A DNA stretch of 63,372 nt, counting the filler, from Octopus bimaculoides (lineage: Eukaryota), in NCBI RefSeq assembly GCF_001194135.2. It is 5 parts of 5 records of this genome, joined end to end, with 100 filler letters (N's around TTAATTAATTAA, not from the genome) between each part and the next. Parts side by side here need not be neighbours in the genome. Positions count along the whole stretch, not along the records: positions 26,823 to 38,564 come from NC_068981.1; positions 38,665 to 62,188 come from NC_068988.1; 3 more parts are not named here. One strand, 5' to 3'. Below, one piece after another: positions 37,706 to 50,701 of the stretch. The first letter of the stretch is position 1; each line of letters opens with the position of its first letter. The notes under the pieces were generated by a model that saw only the letters and a program-made list of their open reading frames with translations, searched no databases and was not told the origin of the DNA. A program made the position numbers and the translations under genes.

Positions 37706-38060
37706 TATTATTTACCAGCATCATGTGGCAGACACTGTTGGGACAAACGTTACTGTTATTTAGGTCCAAGAAAACATCGTCCCCAGCTGGCTACTCACTA
37801 ACTGTGTACACTAATATACACTACTAATAATATACACTAACTGTGTCCTTATATTTTCGAACAGGGGAGCTTAGCATCCCCACTCAACACAAAGCAAAGT
37901 CTGTGCGCCAGTAATCGAACCTGGAGCTAAATAAAAGTAACATTCATCCCATCCGGGACTGCTACATTATGTTGGCAAATAATCTTTACTTTAGAGTACT
38001 TTTACTGAATGTCTCTCGTTGAGAGATTTAGAAATAATAATGTTTCTATACATACATACA

Positions 38061-38110
<50 letters not shown>

Positions 38111-38155
38111 ATATATTATATATATACATGTATATATATATATATNNNNNNNNNN

Positions 38156-38198
<43 letters not shown>

Positions 38199-38528
38199 AT
38201 TTCGCATTTGTCTTGCTTCTATATGTTGGTTCCCTGACGATGAATATATGTGCAATTGCAGCACCTCTTCGTTCTTTGGAGTAGAGTGCACATATATTTT
38301 GAAACATATGTAGGAATTAAAGGAACTTTTGTTTATGTGCGTTTTGTTCCATTTATTATTATTATTATTCATATCTACTCAAAATGCATCGCTTTAACTT
38401 GGTATCTCTACCTATAAAACGGGTGTGATATCCTGTTTTTGTTGTATAATTTTTGCTACCCATGGTAACTATTTACATATCAACATTGTCAAGGTTGTTT
38501 TTTAAAGTGAGATAATATTGATATATAC

Positions 38529-38564
<36 letters not shown>

Positions 38565-39439
38565 NNNNNNNNNNNNNNNNNNNNNNNNNNNNNNNNNNNN
38601 NNNNNNNNTTAATTAATTAANNNNNNNNNNNNNNNNNNNNNNNNNNNNNNNNNNNNNNNNNNNNCTCTCTCTCTCTTTCTCTCTCTCTCTCGCTCTCTCC
38701 AAAGACTTAAGGGTTTTGTGGATATTAGTTTTACTCGTTTATCGTAAAAAATCTTCAAATGAAATTCAAATCAAATCAGAAACCTAATTCCCTCGAACGC
38801 TACTACTACTACTGCTACTGCTACTGCTGCTGCTGCTGCTGCTGCTGTCAGTAGTAATAATACTGTCTTTTATAGACACAAGGCCTGAAATTTTGAGGAA
38901 AGGCACTCGATAAAAAAAAAAGAAAGCAAAGGCAACGCAGGGGCGATGCCTACTTTGCGCGAAGATAAGGTTATTGCGGTTTACAACACGTGACGTAACC
39001 TTGCTTTTTAATTGAACTGAATTAACCTTTTTTTTTAAGTCTCACCATTATAAGTATTTATACTCCGGTGAAATTAAGGAATCAACAATCCATCATTGTA
39101 CACACACACACGCACACACACACACACGCACACACACNNNNNNNNNNNNNNNNNACACACACACACACACACACAAAATCGCATATCTATCTATATATTT
39201 ATGTATTATGTACGCACACATGTCTACGCGCATAGGTACACCATGATCTATATACACGCAGATGAGGGGCGATTCATATGAAAAAGAAAGTGAACAAAAT
39301 GAAATACTTATAAAAAAATTGCATAGAATTTGAGAAGTGTTTCGCCATTATAGGTATTTATACTCTGGTGAAATTAAGAAATCGACTCGTAAATAAACGA
39401 AACCTTCGAATCCATCACTACACACACGCGCGCCCGTGC

Positions 39440-39636
39440 ACAGAGTTACATATCTATGTATATATTTCTGTATGTTTGAAGATAATCAAACCAAATGTTT
39501 ATTATTTCCAGTTACTCAGCCAATGAGTATTTCTGCCAAATTTGGTGAAAATCCGTTCAGCCATTTTCCAGGAATTTTGCAAACACACAGACAAAGACGA
39601 GTGATTACAATACCTTGCTTTCGCTTACGCGCGCTG

Positions 39637-39640
<4 letters not shown>
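39440..39640 (-). mobile_element. HINE/DINE-1-like non-autonomous repeat
   Basis: Minus strand TTATTACCCAGCGCGCGTAAGCGAAAGCAAGGTATTGTAATCAC..TGTCTGTGTGTTTG..GAACGGATTTTCACCAAATTTGGCAG; layout similar to 7112-7330. Confidence 0.5.
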
Positions 39641-39695
<55 letters not shown>

Positions 39696-39698
<3 letters not shown>

Positions 39699-40090
39699 CA
39701 ACGATTATACATATGGAAAAGCGTAGTTGCTTTTCTGATCAACCCATCTTGTCTGTTTGATTCCAGGATCGTAAAGAAAGAGGAAGTAAAAAAAAAACAA
39801 ACAAACAAAAATAACAATTCCTTAAAATTTGAAATAGGAAGAATTTGGAGCATGCGCACAGTAAACATCGTGCCTCTAATAATTGGTACGATGGGAACAG
39901 GAAGCAAAGATATAGACAAATGGCTGAAGGAGATTGAAATAGAATTCCCGGTTGAGCTCCTACGGAAAATTTGTCTCTTAGGGACAGCAAGGATTATCAG
40001 GAGGGTTCTAAGTCCTTGGAAGACTGCTGAAATCTTGTGGGTGCCTAACCAACATAAATCCTACCAGGAATAAGACCAAACCTGACCCAA
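39696..40090 (+). mobile_element. 5'-truncated R4/Dong-clade non-LTR retrotransposon (restriction-like endonuclease C-terminus)
   Basis: LKFEIGRIWSMRTVNIVPLIIGTMGTGSKDIDKWLKEIEI..ELLRKICLLGTARIIRRVL matches the VP.V.GALG..K...K.CLLGTARI.R.VL end of R4-clade ORFs; flanked on both sides by (AAT)n. Confidence 0.8.
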
Positions 40091-40132
40091 ACAACAACAA
40101 CAACAACAACAACAACGACGACGACGACGACG

Positions 40133-40198
<66 letters not shown>

Positions 40199-43075
40199 TA
40201 ATTAATTCGTTTTATTGGCCACAAGGGCTAATATCAATTAAAAACATGTAAGGACAAAGACAGGACGAAGGAAGGATAATAAATGCCCGATGCAATACCA
40301 GACAATGGCTCTCATGGCTTTTGATCTTAACTGATTCGAAGTGTTATCATGTACATTTAGTCTTGGTATAAAAGATGGGCCACAGCAAATATTCTGCTCA
40401 ATACCACAGATTTGCTTGTCAGTTGTTTGACCATAACCAGTTGAGTATGTCCTTTAGTGGCTGACGATATGTGCATCTCTGATCATGAGCAGAAGTATGT
40501 GCTGAGAGGAATTCTTTGAGGTTTGAAGTTTTCTTTAACACTGTTGTTGTTGTTGTTGTTTCGGTATATTGACAAAAACCTTCCAGATGTATCATCTTGT
40601 CTCTTTCAACAGAAAAAAGAAACCAAATACAAATACACACATACACCCACGCAAGCAGTCCTCACCCAGAGGACATCCCTATACCGTATCCTCCTAAACA
40701 TGAGCAGCACGCAACAAACATTTTTTACGGTCACTGCAAATGTTAAGCTTCATTATCATCGAAGTTCTCCTGCTCAACGTTGTTCGATCTGTGTCTCAAA
40801 GACCAATCATTCTGTCCAGGATGATACTTCGCCGCTCCCCAACAATTATTCAGAAACAAACGTACAGAGCGTGCAGTGTGACTTTTTCTTATTTTAAGAT
40901 TGTTTAATGTGATACTTTGTGGGGGGTATCTCTGGCTGCTATTTTCAGCAGATGGGCGACAGTATAGCGTTTTCCATAGACCTTGATGGTATTTTCGCCC
41001 TGAATATAGACGAAGGAATGAAACACCGCATGGCATTTCGCCATTTCTCTCTACCATTTCTGGCGTTCGATTGCGATGAAATAAAAATAATAAAATTAGG
41101 AAAATAAAGACCAAAAAAAAAAAAAAATGAAAAGAAAAGAAAAATTATTGATCAGACTCTGAGTGCGATCGAGTCATGTACTTGACCTTTCGGATTTTAG
41201 GTATTTCATCAATGAAGTGTTAACTCTGTTGACTTTAGTAAGATGTCCATGACTTTTAGCAGAGTGACTACGCTGAGAGTTACAACTACAAATGGAGCTT
41301 GAGTTGCAGCCTTCATTCACTCGGTAACTCACCATTTACGCTACAACATTCTCCTTCACTTTACATAAAATATATTATTCTCTTTATTCTCTAAGTGTGT
41401 GTGGTTTAATGAAGTTAACTATGGAACAACATCGATGACAGAATTGAAAACTTTAACAAGGTGAAACTACAATAGTTGGAGAGTTGCAGTTTTGGCAAGA
41501 TGACAACTCGTGCTGCAACTTCTGAGCCCGAGTGGGGCGCGTGCGAACGATGTCGAGAGAACGTCTGCTTCGAATGATATTTTTTGACACTGGGCAACTC
41601 TAAGACCACCGCCAGACGCTGAACGAACATAAATGAACTGCGACCAGGCTCAATAAAAGGAGCCCGAGTTATTGGCTACAATTACATACTTGAAGTCAGT
41701 GTTGGCAGTAATTAAATCGACTTGCAAATACACATTCACTTTACTACATTTATACTCGAGCCAATTCCGAACAACCCGAGTATTGGAGTCGCCACTGATA
41801 TATATATANNNNNNNNNNNNNNNNNNNNNNNNNNNNNNNNNNNNNNNNNNNNNNNNNNNNNNNNNNNNNNNNNNNNNNNNNNNNNNNNNNNNNNNNNNNN
41901 NNNNNNNNNNNNNNNNNNNNNNNNNNNNNNNNNNNNNNNNNNNNNNNNNNNNNNNNNNNNNNNNNNNNNNNNNNNNNNNNNNNNNNNNNNNNNNNNNNNN
42001 NNNNNNNNNNNNNNNNNNNNNNNNNNNNNNNNNNNNNNNNNNNNNNNNNNNNNNNNNGAAAATTATATTTATTTTAGACGTTGGTGAAATACTTGTGACG
42101 CTAATGATGGCTATGGGAGGAGGAGGAGGAGGAGGAGGAGGAGGAGGGACTTGGATACGAAAGACAAAATAGAAAAAAAAAAACAAAAGAAAAAACAAAA
42201 AAAAGCCCAGAACAATTATTTTCAGGAAAATATAACAGAAATAAAATCAAACAAAAGCCAAGATTTATGATTCTCGTCTCATCCTCCATTGAAGTCACTT
42301 TTTTTTATTGGTTTATTTAAATATTTTATCGCTTCCAGATAGAAAAGCCTGACGTCATTTGTCACTGGAGATGGTGTGCGTACGTGTGTAGGGACAGGGA
42401 GGCGCGCGCGCGCGTTATGAGAGAGAGGGGGGAGGCGGTAGAGGGAACATTCAGGTATGATGTATGTGTATGTGCGCTTGTGTGCGTGCGTGTGTGTGTG
42501 TGTTTGTGTGTGTGCAAGTATACAGATGTGTACATACGCTGTATATGTTTATGGGGGAGAGAGAGAGGGCGAGAGAGTTTTCAGGTGTGTATGTATGTGT
42601 GTATGTATGTATGTATGTATGTGTGTATGTGCTGTGTGCATATTTGTGTGTGTGTGTAGGTGATAGAAAGAGCGGTGTTTCATGTGTGTGTGTGTGTGGT
42701 TGGTGTGTTCCAAGGTCTCCGGTTGTAGAGACAATGTCACTCTGTCGTGTGAAACTGTTTAAGTAAACTTGAAGTTTACAAATCAATTGATGGACGTCAG
42801 TGTTAACCGAAGGAAGATTGGAGTTGACTAAGCGGCCACAATTACCACAGCAACAATAACAACGACAGCAACAACAATAACAAACGATATCCAATAATAA
42901 TGATGATGATAATAAAGTTAATTAGTTCAGTGTGCAAGTACAGGTAAAAGAAAGTTACAAAGTAATTTGAATGAAAGAAGAAATATATAAGAAATCAAGA
43001 AATGAAATCATTTATTTTGTGTGCGTGCGTGCGTGTGTATATGGTGTGGGTATGTGTGTACGATATATATATAAA

Positions 43076-43119
<44 letters not shown>

Positions 43120-43393
43120 CGTGAGCGGCTTCAAGATATATGCGGACCTAAATTACTGCTAATTACATTGTCGTTGTCACCATTTTCACCTTGGTTGCCA
43201 TCGTCATTTAAAACTCTCCTTTTCCCTCGCTCCCAGCATATGTACTTATCTATAATGCTTGCCTTGTCTTTCTTTTTATCCATTTATCAACTCACCTCTT
43301 TCTCCACTTCATCTCTCTCTATCTCGATCTAAATGTCTAACTATCGATCTCCATCTCTCTGTCTATCAATTTACCTCTGTCTCACTCTTTCTC

Positions 43394-43445
<52 letters not shown>

Positions 43446-43749
43446 TTCCCCTGCATTGAAATTCTCCGTGTCAATACGGATTAAACGATATCCATTTGTA
43501 ATACTTGTTCATTAAATTCGCTTCGTCTTTATCTTTCTGCCACCTTCTCTTTGAAGTTTGCTTTCAACTACCTCACCTAAAGCTATCGTTAATTATAGCA
43601 ATGACAGCTGCTGCAGCGAGTCGAACGGTAAGTTAATAGATCTGCAAACCAAGGGTACAACGGTTCGCATCCTACCAGCGGTAAGTTTTACTATCAAAGA
43701 ACACAAGACCTAACCAGCGGTTAGCGAAGAGATACAGTGAGGTAACGTT

Positions 43750-44090
43750 GTATGTGTGTGGGGGAAGTACTTGTTTTTTTTAGAGCTGATTTTTAAACCT
43801 TATTTTGTTCCTAAACTGATACTCATTCTATCGGTTTCTGTTGCCGAACCACGAATATTATGCGAATGTAAGCAAACCAACATTAGTTGTCAAATGGTGA
43901 CGGAAGTACATAACAAACACAGAAATGCAAATACTCTCACACCACAGTTTCCGTTTGCCAAATTTACTCACAAGGCATTGGTCGGTCTGGGACTATCGTA
44001 GAAGACACTTGGCTAAGGTACCGCACAGTGGGACCGAACATTAAACCATGTAGACGCAAAGCGAACTTCTTAATCGCACACCCATGCCTG
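43750..44090 (-). mobile_element. SINE family A
   Basis: CTCACAAGGCATTGGTCGGTC..GAAGACACTTGGCTAAGGTACCGCACAGTGGGAC is the reverse complement of the family A body and head. Confidence 0.75.
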
Positions 44091-45495
44091 CTTTGTGAAT
44101 GTGCTGGACTGACTTAGATAACAATGTGTGGATTTAGGTAACATTTTGATCGATGCCTCCTTTAAGAATCGTTCAAATCTAGATTAGTCTTGATCGAACA
44201 GATCCGTAATCAACGGGGTTCTAACCGTGATCATTTCGTTTATTCTAGTAATCGTTATGATATTTTTTTAAACGTTGAATGTGATTTAAAGGGAAGATAC
44301 CTGCGATTTATGGCAGGTCAAGCGAACACGCCGCTGATGTTTAGCCAAAGGAAACGCCGTCGACTTGGACCAATGAATGGTCATTAGACAGTAGTAAGTC
44401 ATAAGAGATACCACTCCTGGATTGCTACTTTTTTTTATATCAGCCCTAAAATGATGAGTCGAAGTTGACCTCTGCCGGATAGTTCGTTACCAAACGTTGC
44501 TGGTGTGTTGTTCGTTACTGTTTCAGCTGCGTGTTATATCACAACGAACAGACACAAAACTAATTGAATATATTTATTGAAAAGAAGAACAATTGAATAT
44601 AAACTTATAATGACTGCTGGCAGGGAATGTCGGCGATCAGAAACGAGCTTCGGTATAACAAATATACAAAGCAAATGGTTAGTAAGGCTCGAGAAGTCAG
44701 AAAGAGTTGGCTCGAATTTATGAAGATTTCCTTTCATTTCTAGCTGGATTCAGCGAAGGAAAACTTGATGCAGTTTCTGCCATAGTAGGCCGAGCTCTGG
44801 CTTGCTTGTGGCGTGAGGTGAGAATGTGGGTTCTCTAGTAGCAGTCTCAAAACTCTCTGCGGTTGTTCTTGGCGGGGTTTCACCTGAATGCTAACAAAAG
44901 CGCGCAAACTTCAAGGACATTTCTGTGGTGCCCCCCTCCTTCCCTTGATGCCCTAAGCACCTGCTTATTTTGCTTAATGGTTAATCCAGCGCTGCCCTCT
45001 CGTCTTATCCGCAACCCGGACGTATTATATATACAATTCACTTAATCAATGTGCCTTCTATTTTTTTTTTAAGATATGGGAGGTGATTTGAGGTAAATTT
45101 CTCAATTATTTCTAGCAGGTCGGTCGAACAGGTGGTGACTCTGTCGTTAACAGTGATGGTGTTGCTGACGATGTATTTTTACTAAATCAACAAAATACGA
45201 TGTTAACAGCAGGATGCAGATGAGTTGGATAGAGAAGGAGAGAGATGACGACTGAAAGTGACTGAACTACTTGAAGAAAGTTCACTTTAAATTGAGTAAT
45301 ATTAATATATTGTCCAATGAAATATGCAATTGTATGGAGGTTTCATAGCAGTTAATTATGCCCTGTTGTGTTGTACATGACTTGTGGAGCCTCAAGTCAA
45401 CGACCTAGATTTTTATCTGGCTCTGCTATTAAGACAAAAATATAAACATCTTCATTACCACTCTATTCATTACGATATGTGCGCGTGCGTGTGTG

Positions 45496-45526
<31 letters not shown>

Positions 45527-45709
45527 TTAAGGGATTTGAAAGNNNNNNNNNNNNNNNNNNNNNNNNNNNNNNNNNNNNNNNNNNNNNNNNNNNNNNNNNN
45601 NNNNNNNNNNNNNNNNNNNNNNNNNNNNNNNNNNNNNNNNNNNNNNNNNNNNNNNNNNNNNNNNNNNNNNNNNNNNNNNNNNNNNNNNNNNNNNNNNNNN
45701 NNNNNNNNN

Positions 45710-46550
45710 NAGCGATATTTCTTCGGGCTCTTTACGTTCTGAGTTCAAATCTCGCCAAACTAAACTACCTTTCACATACCTAGACTCATTAAACTAAATT
45801 ATCAATCTAAGCACTGGCTTCACCTTACCCCTCCTCCTCTCAAAATTGCTGCCACCTGTCCAGATTAGAAACCATTATTATTTCTTCCAATATTATGGCG
45901 GCAAGCTTGCAGAATCGTTAGCTCGCCGGACAAAATGCTTAGCGGTATTTCGTCCGTTTTCACGTTCTGAGTTCAAATTCCGCCCATGTCGACTTTACCT
46001 TTCATCCTTTCGGGGTCGATAAATTAAGTACCAGTTGTGTACTGGGTCGATCTAGCCGACTGACTCCCTCTCCCAAAATTTCAGGCCTTGTGCCTATTGT
46101 AAAAAGGATTATTATTATAGTTATATTTCTAAACAGTCATTTTTTTCTTGCTAAATAAACACACGCACTGTATATTCGTTCTTCACTCGTTTATTACTGT
46201 TCTTATTTTATCTTATGCCCATTGTCTGGAAATCTTTCATCACACGCCTGTGACCTCTTCAGTGTCTCATCCATCCCACATGTCTCCTCCTGTTCTGTTT
46301 ATTCCATTCTGTCTTTCTATGGTGCGTATCCTTATCTGCGCATGTGTTAGCGTAAAGAAATAAAAAGGAAAAAAAAAAAAAGAGAGAGGAAAAAATGACC
46401 ATCCCGAAATATAATCCTTTCTTTTATAGGCACAAGGCCTGAAATTTTGGGGAGGAGACTAGTCGATTCCACCGACCCCAATTTTTCACTGGTACTTAAT
46501 TTATCGACCCCGAAAGGATGAAAGGCAAAGTCGACCTGGGCGGAATTCAT
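45710..46550. mobile_element. Cluster of three SINE family B copies (about 45710-45860 +, 45895-46115 +, 46420-46550 -)
   Basis: Shared TTACGTTCTGAGTTCAAAT and CCTTTCATCCTTTCGGGGTCGATAAATTAAGTACCAG motifs. Confidence 0.8.
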
Positions 46551-46779
46551 CCCCAAATATAACAATATCTGTTTCAGCACACAATTTCACATCAAGAATT
46601 TTACAAAACAAATTCATAAATGTAATTATTATTATTTTCCACTTATGTATTTGCAGTTAAAATATCCTTTACAAACAAAAGAACGGATTAAAAACAGAAA
46701 AGTTCAAAGAAGGCAACCCAAATAATATTAACCGTTTTTTGTCGAGACCAATCTGGAAATGTCGCAATCCAAAGAATTT

Positions 46780-47460
46780 TTAATTTCTATTTATTGTAGC
46801 TGAACGAAGGGGCTGTGTCCATGAACTTCGCAAGTTTTCGTAAGCCAACGAGAACGATGCTGTTAATGTTCCCCTTGAATCTTTGAAAGTTAACAACTCC
46901 GGGAAACGAATGAGTAGGAGAGGAATTCCAGGGGTCTGTTGTTCTGAGAAGGAAGGGTTGAGGGTAGTGATTAGAGCAGGATCTGAGGGTGGATTGGACA
47001 TTACGTGAGGGATAGGAAGAGGAGCAGCGAATGGGATGGGAATACCCGAGTGGAGGTAGTGTTAACCCATTCAAATTTAAGGGGCAGAGGCTATCATAGA
47101 CGGAGAGACGATACAGTACTACAACATGTAGACAAGAAGCTGGAGGTATGCCTGTCGATGATGGAGTATTAATCAATCGAGTGTCCTTTTCTGTGGTTTA
47201 AGATGTGTTTCTAGCAGAAGGAACACCGGCCCAGATGTGAGGGCAATGCTCCTTTGGAGACGTCACTTAAGATTTGTAGAATGTCGTTAATTGCTGGGCA
47301 AGAAGTATTTTCAGGTTCAGAAGGGATTCTCACCATACTGTGGCTGTAGCGTTTCTTCATCTACAGTCGTAGGGGCGAATTGTAAAATGACCAGCCATAG
47401 TTTAGGACTAGTTAACAAAGAGATGGTGGTTCCAGCAGAGAAATTATGTCTTAGTTGTCA
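46780..47460 (-). mobile_element. L2/CR1-group LINE 3' fragment, same family as 13700-15050
   Basis: Peptides EHCPHIWAG and SNHYPQPFLLRTTDPWNSSPTHSFPGVVNFQRFKGNIN; nucleotide similarity to 14580-15050. Confidence 0.75.
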
Positions 47461-47659
47461 ACAACCGTAGAATTTCCATGCATTAGCACAATTCAGCACA
47501 AAAACAGAAATTTCGAGCACAATAACATGTAGAGAAGAAAGAAAAGAGATGAACGAGAACATGAAGGAAAACAGTTCTTGCTGGATATTGGTATTTCAAA
47601 AAGAAAAAAAAACAAAACCTAAACAGAAGCTGAATTATCTGATCCAGTAGGTCAGGACG

Positions 47660-47942
47660 ATAACTGTTTCAGTTGATCCGATTAACGGAACGTGCAATTG
47701 GCTGAGTACTCCACAGACACACGTACCCTTAATGTAATTCTCAGAGAGATTCTGCAGGACTCAGAATGTGACAAGGCTGGCTCTTTTGGATTACAGGTAC
47801 AACTCATTTTTGGCAGCTGAGTGGACCTGAGGAACGTGAAAATAAAGTATCTTGCTCAGGGACATAACGCATCGCCAGTAATTGAACTCATGACCTTACG
47901 ATCGTGAGCCGACCACCCTAACCACTAAGCCACGCGCCTTCC
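47660..47942 (-). mobile_element. tRNA-derived SINE sharing the family C 3' half but with a different head
   Basis: Minus strand GGCGCGTGGCTTAGTGGTTAGGG..GAGTTCAATT..CCTGAGCAAGATACTTT..CCAGCCTTGTCAC..TTAAGGGTACGTGTGTCTGTGGAGTACTCAGCC. Confidence 0.75.
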
Positions 47943-50445
47943 CGGGTTACTGTATTATAACAGTCACCTTTCTCTCTCCTCCTCCGTTACCCCAAAAAGC
48001 AAATTGTTTTGAAACCCAGCATCTGCCTGCCAATACTCTGCATTTCCTTTAACCAAAGGTTGACCAGAATCGACAATGTGAAATTATTTACACCAAATCT
48101 GAACGGTATGAAACTGCCTTGCAGCATGACATAAAACTTAATCTGAGGCTGAAGACTAGAGACCAGGAAACGGGAGCAACCAAATAGATACCCTCCTTCA
48201 GATTCATACTCCTGTCATCCATTTACGTTCCCATAATGCAAGCCACTGGCCACCCTGAGTCATTTCCTTCAACTAACTTCCGTTTAAATTATCCAAGTTA
48301 CGTCGGTCATGAATGTATCCAAGTCCTTTTTGTATCAGTCTTAGTCCCTTGGCTACTGGAGATGTGGTTGCGCAATTGTCGTGATAATGGCGGGTATTGA
48401 GCCAGAGACACGTGTCCATGACTGTCCTCTTATCTCCAGACAATAAGCCTGTCTCCTTTTCCTAAATGGCATGTCAGCTTTGGAGAATACTTGATTCTTG
48501 AGATTATCTCCCCTTCTCATATAGAGCTAATTTCAATTACAATTTGGTAAGTATGATACATCTTCACGAGACGGAGATAATTTTGATAAATGAAAGATTT
48601 GTATTGTACGGTATTCGATATACCTGTATTTGTCTATGTTCATCAAATACATGCCACTGGCCTCTTTGAGTCGTTTCCCTTCTTTAAAGTATGGTATTAC
48701 AGAGGCGCGAGATGTTACTGTTATTTCTGAAGGAGGCAACGTTGGAATGCCCATAAAAGAATCGCAGGATCTGCACCGTCAATTTGATATTTTGTTGGCC
48801 AAATCGAAATACGTTGATTAAAGTCTGAAAACAGAAAATTTCACTTTGACTGGAAAAAGAGAAAGAAAGCGAAATATTTATTTATTTATTTATTTTAATG
48901 AAAACCAGTCATGTGATGAGAGCGAGACAAAGGATTCCAAGAGAATCACAGTCATTATTTTGGACATCTGTTTCTGTCATTGTCGATTCCGTCATTGTTG
49001 GTCTAACCGAAATTTCAAGCTGCAAACAACATTCCTGGTGTTTCCATTCCTCTGGTGATACGTGTCTATATCGAGAAATCTTTTAAGCACAGAATTCCTG
49101 TCATTTGCAGACATTTACAATATTGATGTTAATGGCAAAAAAAAAAAAGAAGAAAGAAAGAAAGAAACGAAAGCAAAAAAACAACTTTTAAACTAATTAA
49201 TCGAAACGAAAAGTATGGTAGACCGTGGCTACTTTAGGGGTCTCTGACTGAAGCCCATGGATTTATCCGTCAAAATGTCCAAATTCACTGGGAATCACCG
49301 TTCTGAACGCAGGAGCTTCGTCGCTTCGGATTTTCCCCTCGATGCCTGCAACAGTAGTTTCTGTAGAATGTTTATTTTAGTGAGCTTAAAAATGATAAGA
49401 AAGAAAAAAACAAAACAAAAACAAAACAAAAAAAAAACTATCTCGGAACAAACATGTCACATGATCTCTTTTGTGGTGGGCTTAGCTTGGCCCAGCGTTG
49501 AATCGACCGAAATATTGATTTTCAGACACACCATTAAAAACTTTATATGCGAAAAAAGGAGATATATAAAGCACTTTTGGAAAAGTGAAGACCGTTGCTG
49601 GTCATTCTGTGATCTTTGGTTATAAATAATAATAATAATTACGACGGTTTTGGTCTTAANNNNNNNNNNNNNNNNNNNNNNNNNNNNNNNNNNNNNNNNN
49701 NNNNNNNNNNNNNNNNNNNNNNNNNNNNNNNNNNNNNNNNNNNNNNNNNNNNNNNNNNNNNNNNNNNNNNNNNNNNNNNNNNNNNNNNNNNNNNNNNNNN
49801 NNNNNNNNNNNNNNNNNNNNNNNNNNNNNNNNNNNNNNNNNNNNNNNNNNNNNNNNNNNNNNNNNNNNNNNNNNNNNNNNNNNNNNNNNNNNNNNNNNNN
49901 NNNNNNNNNNNNNNNNNNNNNNNNNNNNNNNNNNNNNNNNNNNNNNNNNNNNNNNNNNNNNNNNNNNNNNNNNNNNNNNNNNNNNNNNNNNNNNNNNNNN
50001 NNNNNNNNNNNNNNNNNNNNNNNNNNNNNNNNNNNNNNNNNNNNNNNNNNNNNNNNNNNNNNNNNNNNNNNNNNNNNNNNNNNNNNNNNNNNNNNNNNNN
50101 NNNNNNNNNNNNNNNNNNNNNNNNNNNNNNNNNNNNNNNNNNNNNNNNNNNNNNNNNNNNNNNNNNNNNNNNNNNNNNNNNNNNNNNNATTGTTTAATAC
50201 CTTTGGAAAAGCATGAAAGTCACAACATCTGTTCCGCACTCTTCGAACTCGGTAGCATTCATCCAATAACTACAACTCAACCAATTAACTCCGAAAAATT
50301 ATAAATAAATAAATAGATAAATAAATAAGAACTAACTGTTGCTATTCAAATATGTTGTAACTATCTTCCATAGATTCGCATTTAGCGAAATTGACTCCCG
50401 TTCGCAACAGTTGCTTCTGCCTCCACCCAGGAGGGAATCCCTACT

Positions 50446-50701
50446 TACGTAGCTATGACGTCAATGATGGACACCGGTGTCTATCCATGTGTGTGCCTGT
50501 GTTTACATCGTACAACCTCTTCACGTGTATCTTTTATGTGTCTGTGCCAGAGAAAGAGAGGCAGACATTCACGTGTGCTTCTATGTGAACGATCTGCTTA
50601 CGTGTGCTTTGGCGACTGTATGTAAAATGTGTACGTCGAAGCTGGAACGATTGTGCTGTTGTAACAGTAAGAACCCATCTGCACACCGCTGCACCCACGT
50701 G
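50446..50701. promoter_or_regulatory. Cluster of ACGT-core motifs (CRE, three E-boxes, one HRE-like site) upstream of the Kelch gene
   Basis: TGACGTCA 50456-50463; CACGTG 50522-50527, 50570-50575 and 50696-50701; TACGTG 50599-50604; TACGTA 50446-50451. The motifs are seen directly; function is inferred. Confidence 0.4.

Noticed and set aside
40743-41114. 123-aa minus-strand ORF and overlapping 62-aa plus-strand ORF
   Set aside because: No recognisable domain, and part of it (GGCTGCTATTTT..GCAG..GCGAC) matches a short dispersed repeat also seen near 16250, 45100, 59200 and 59410.
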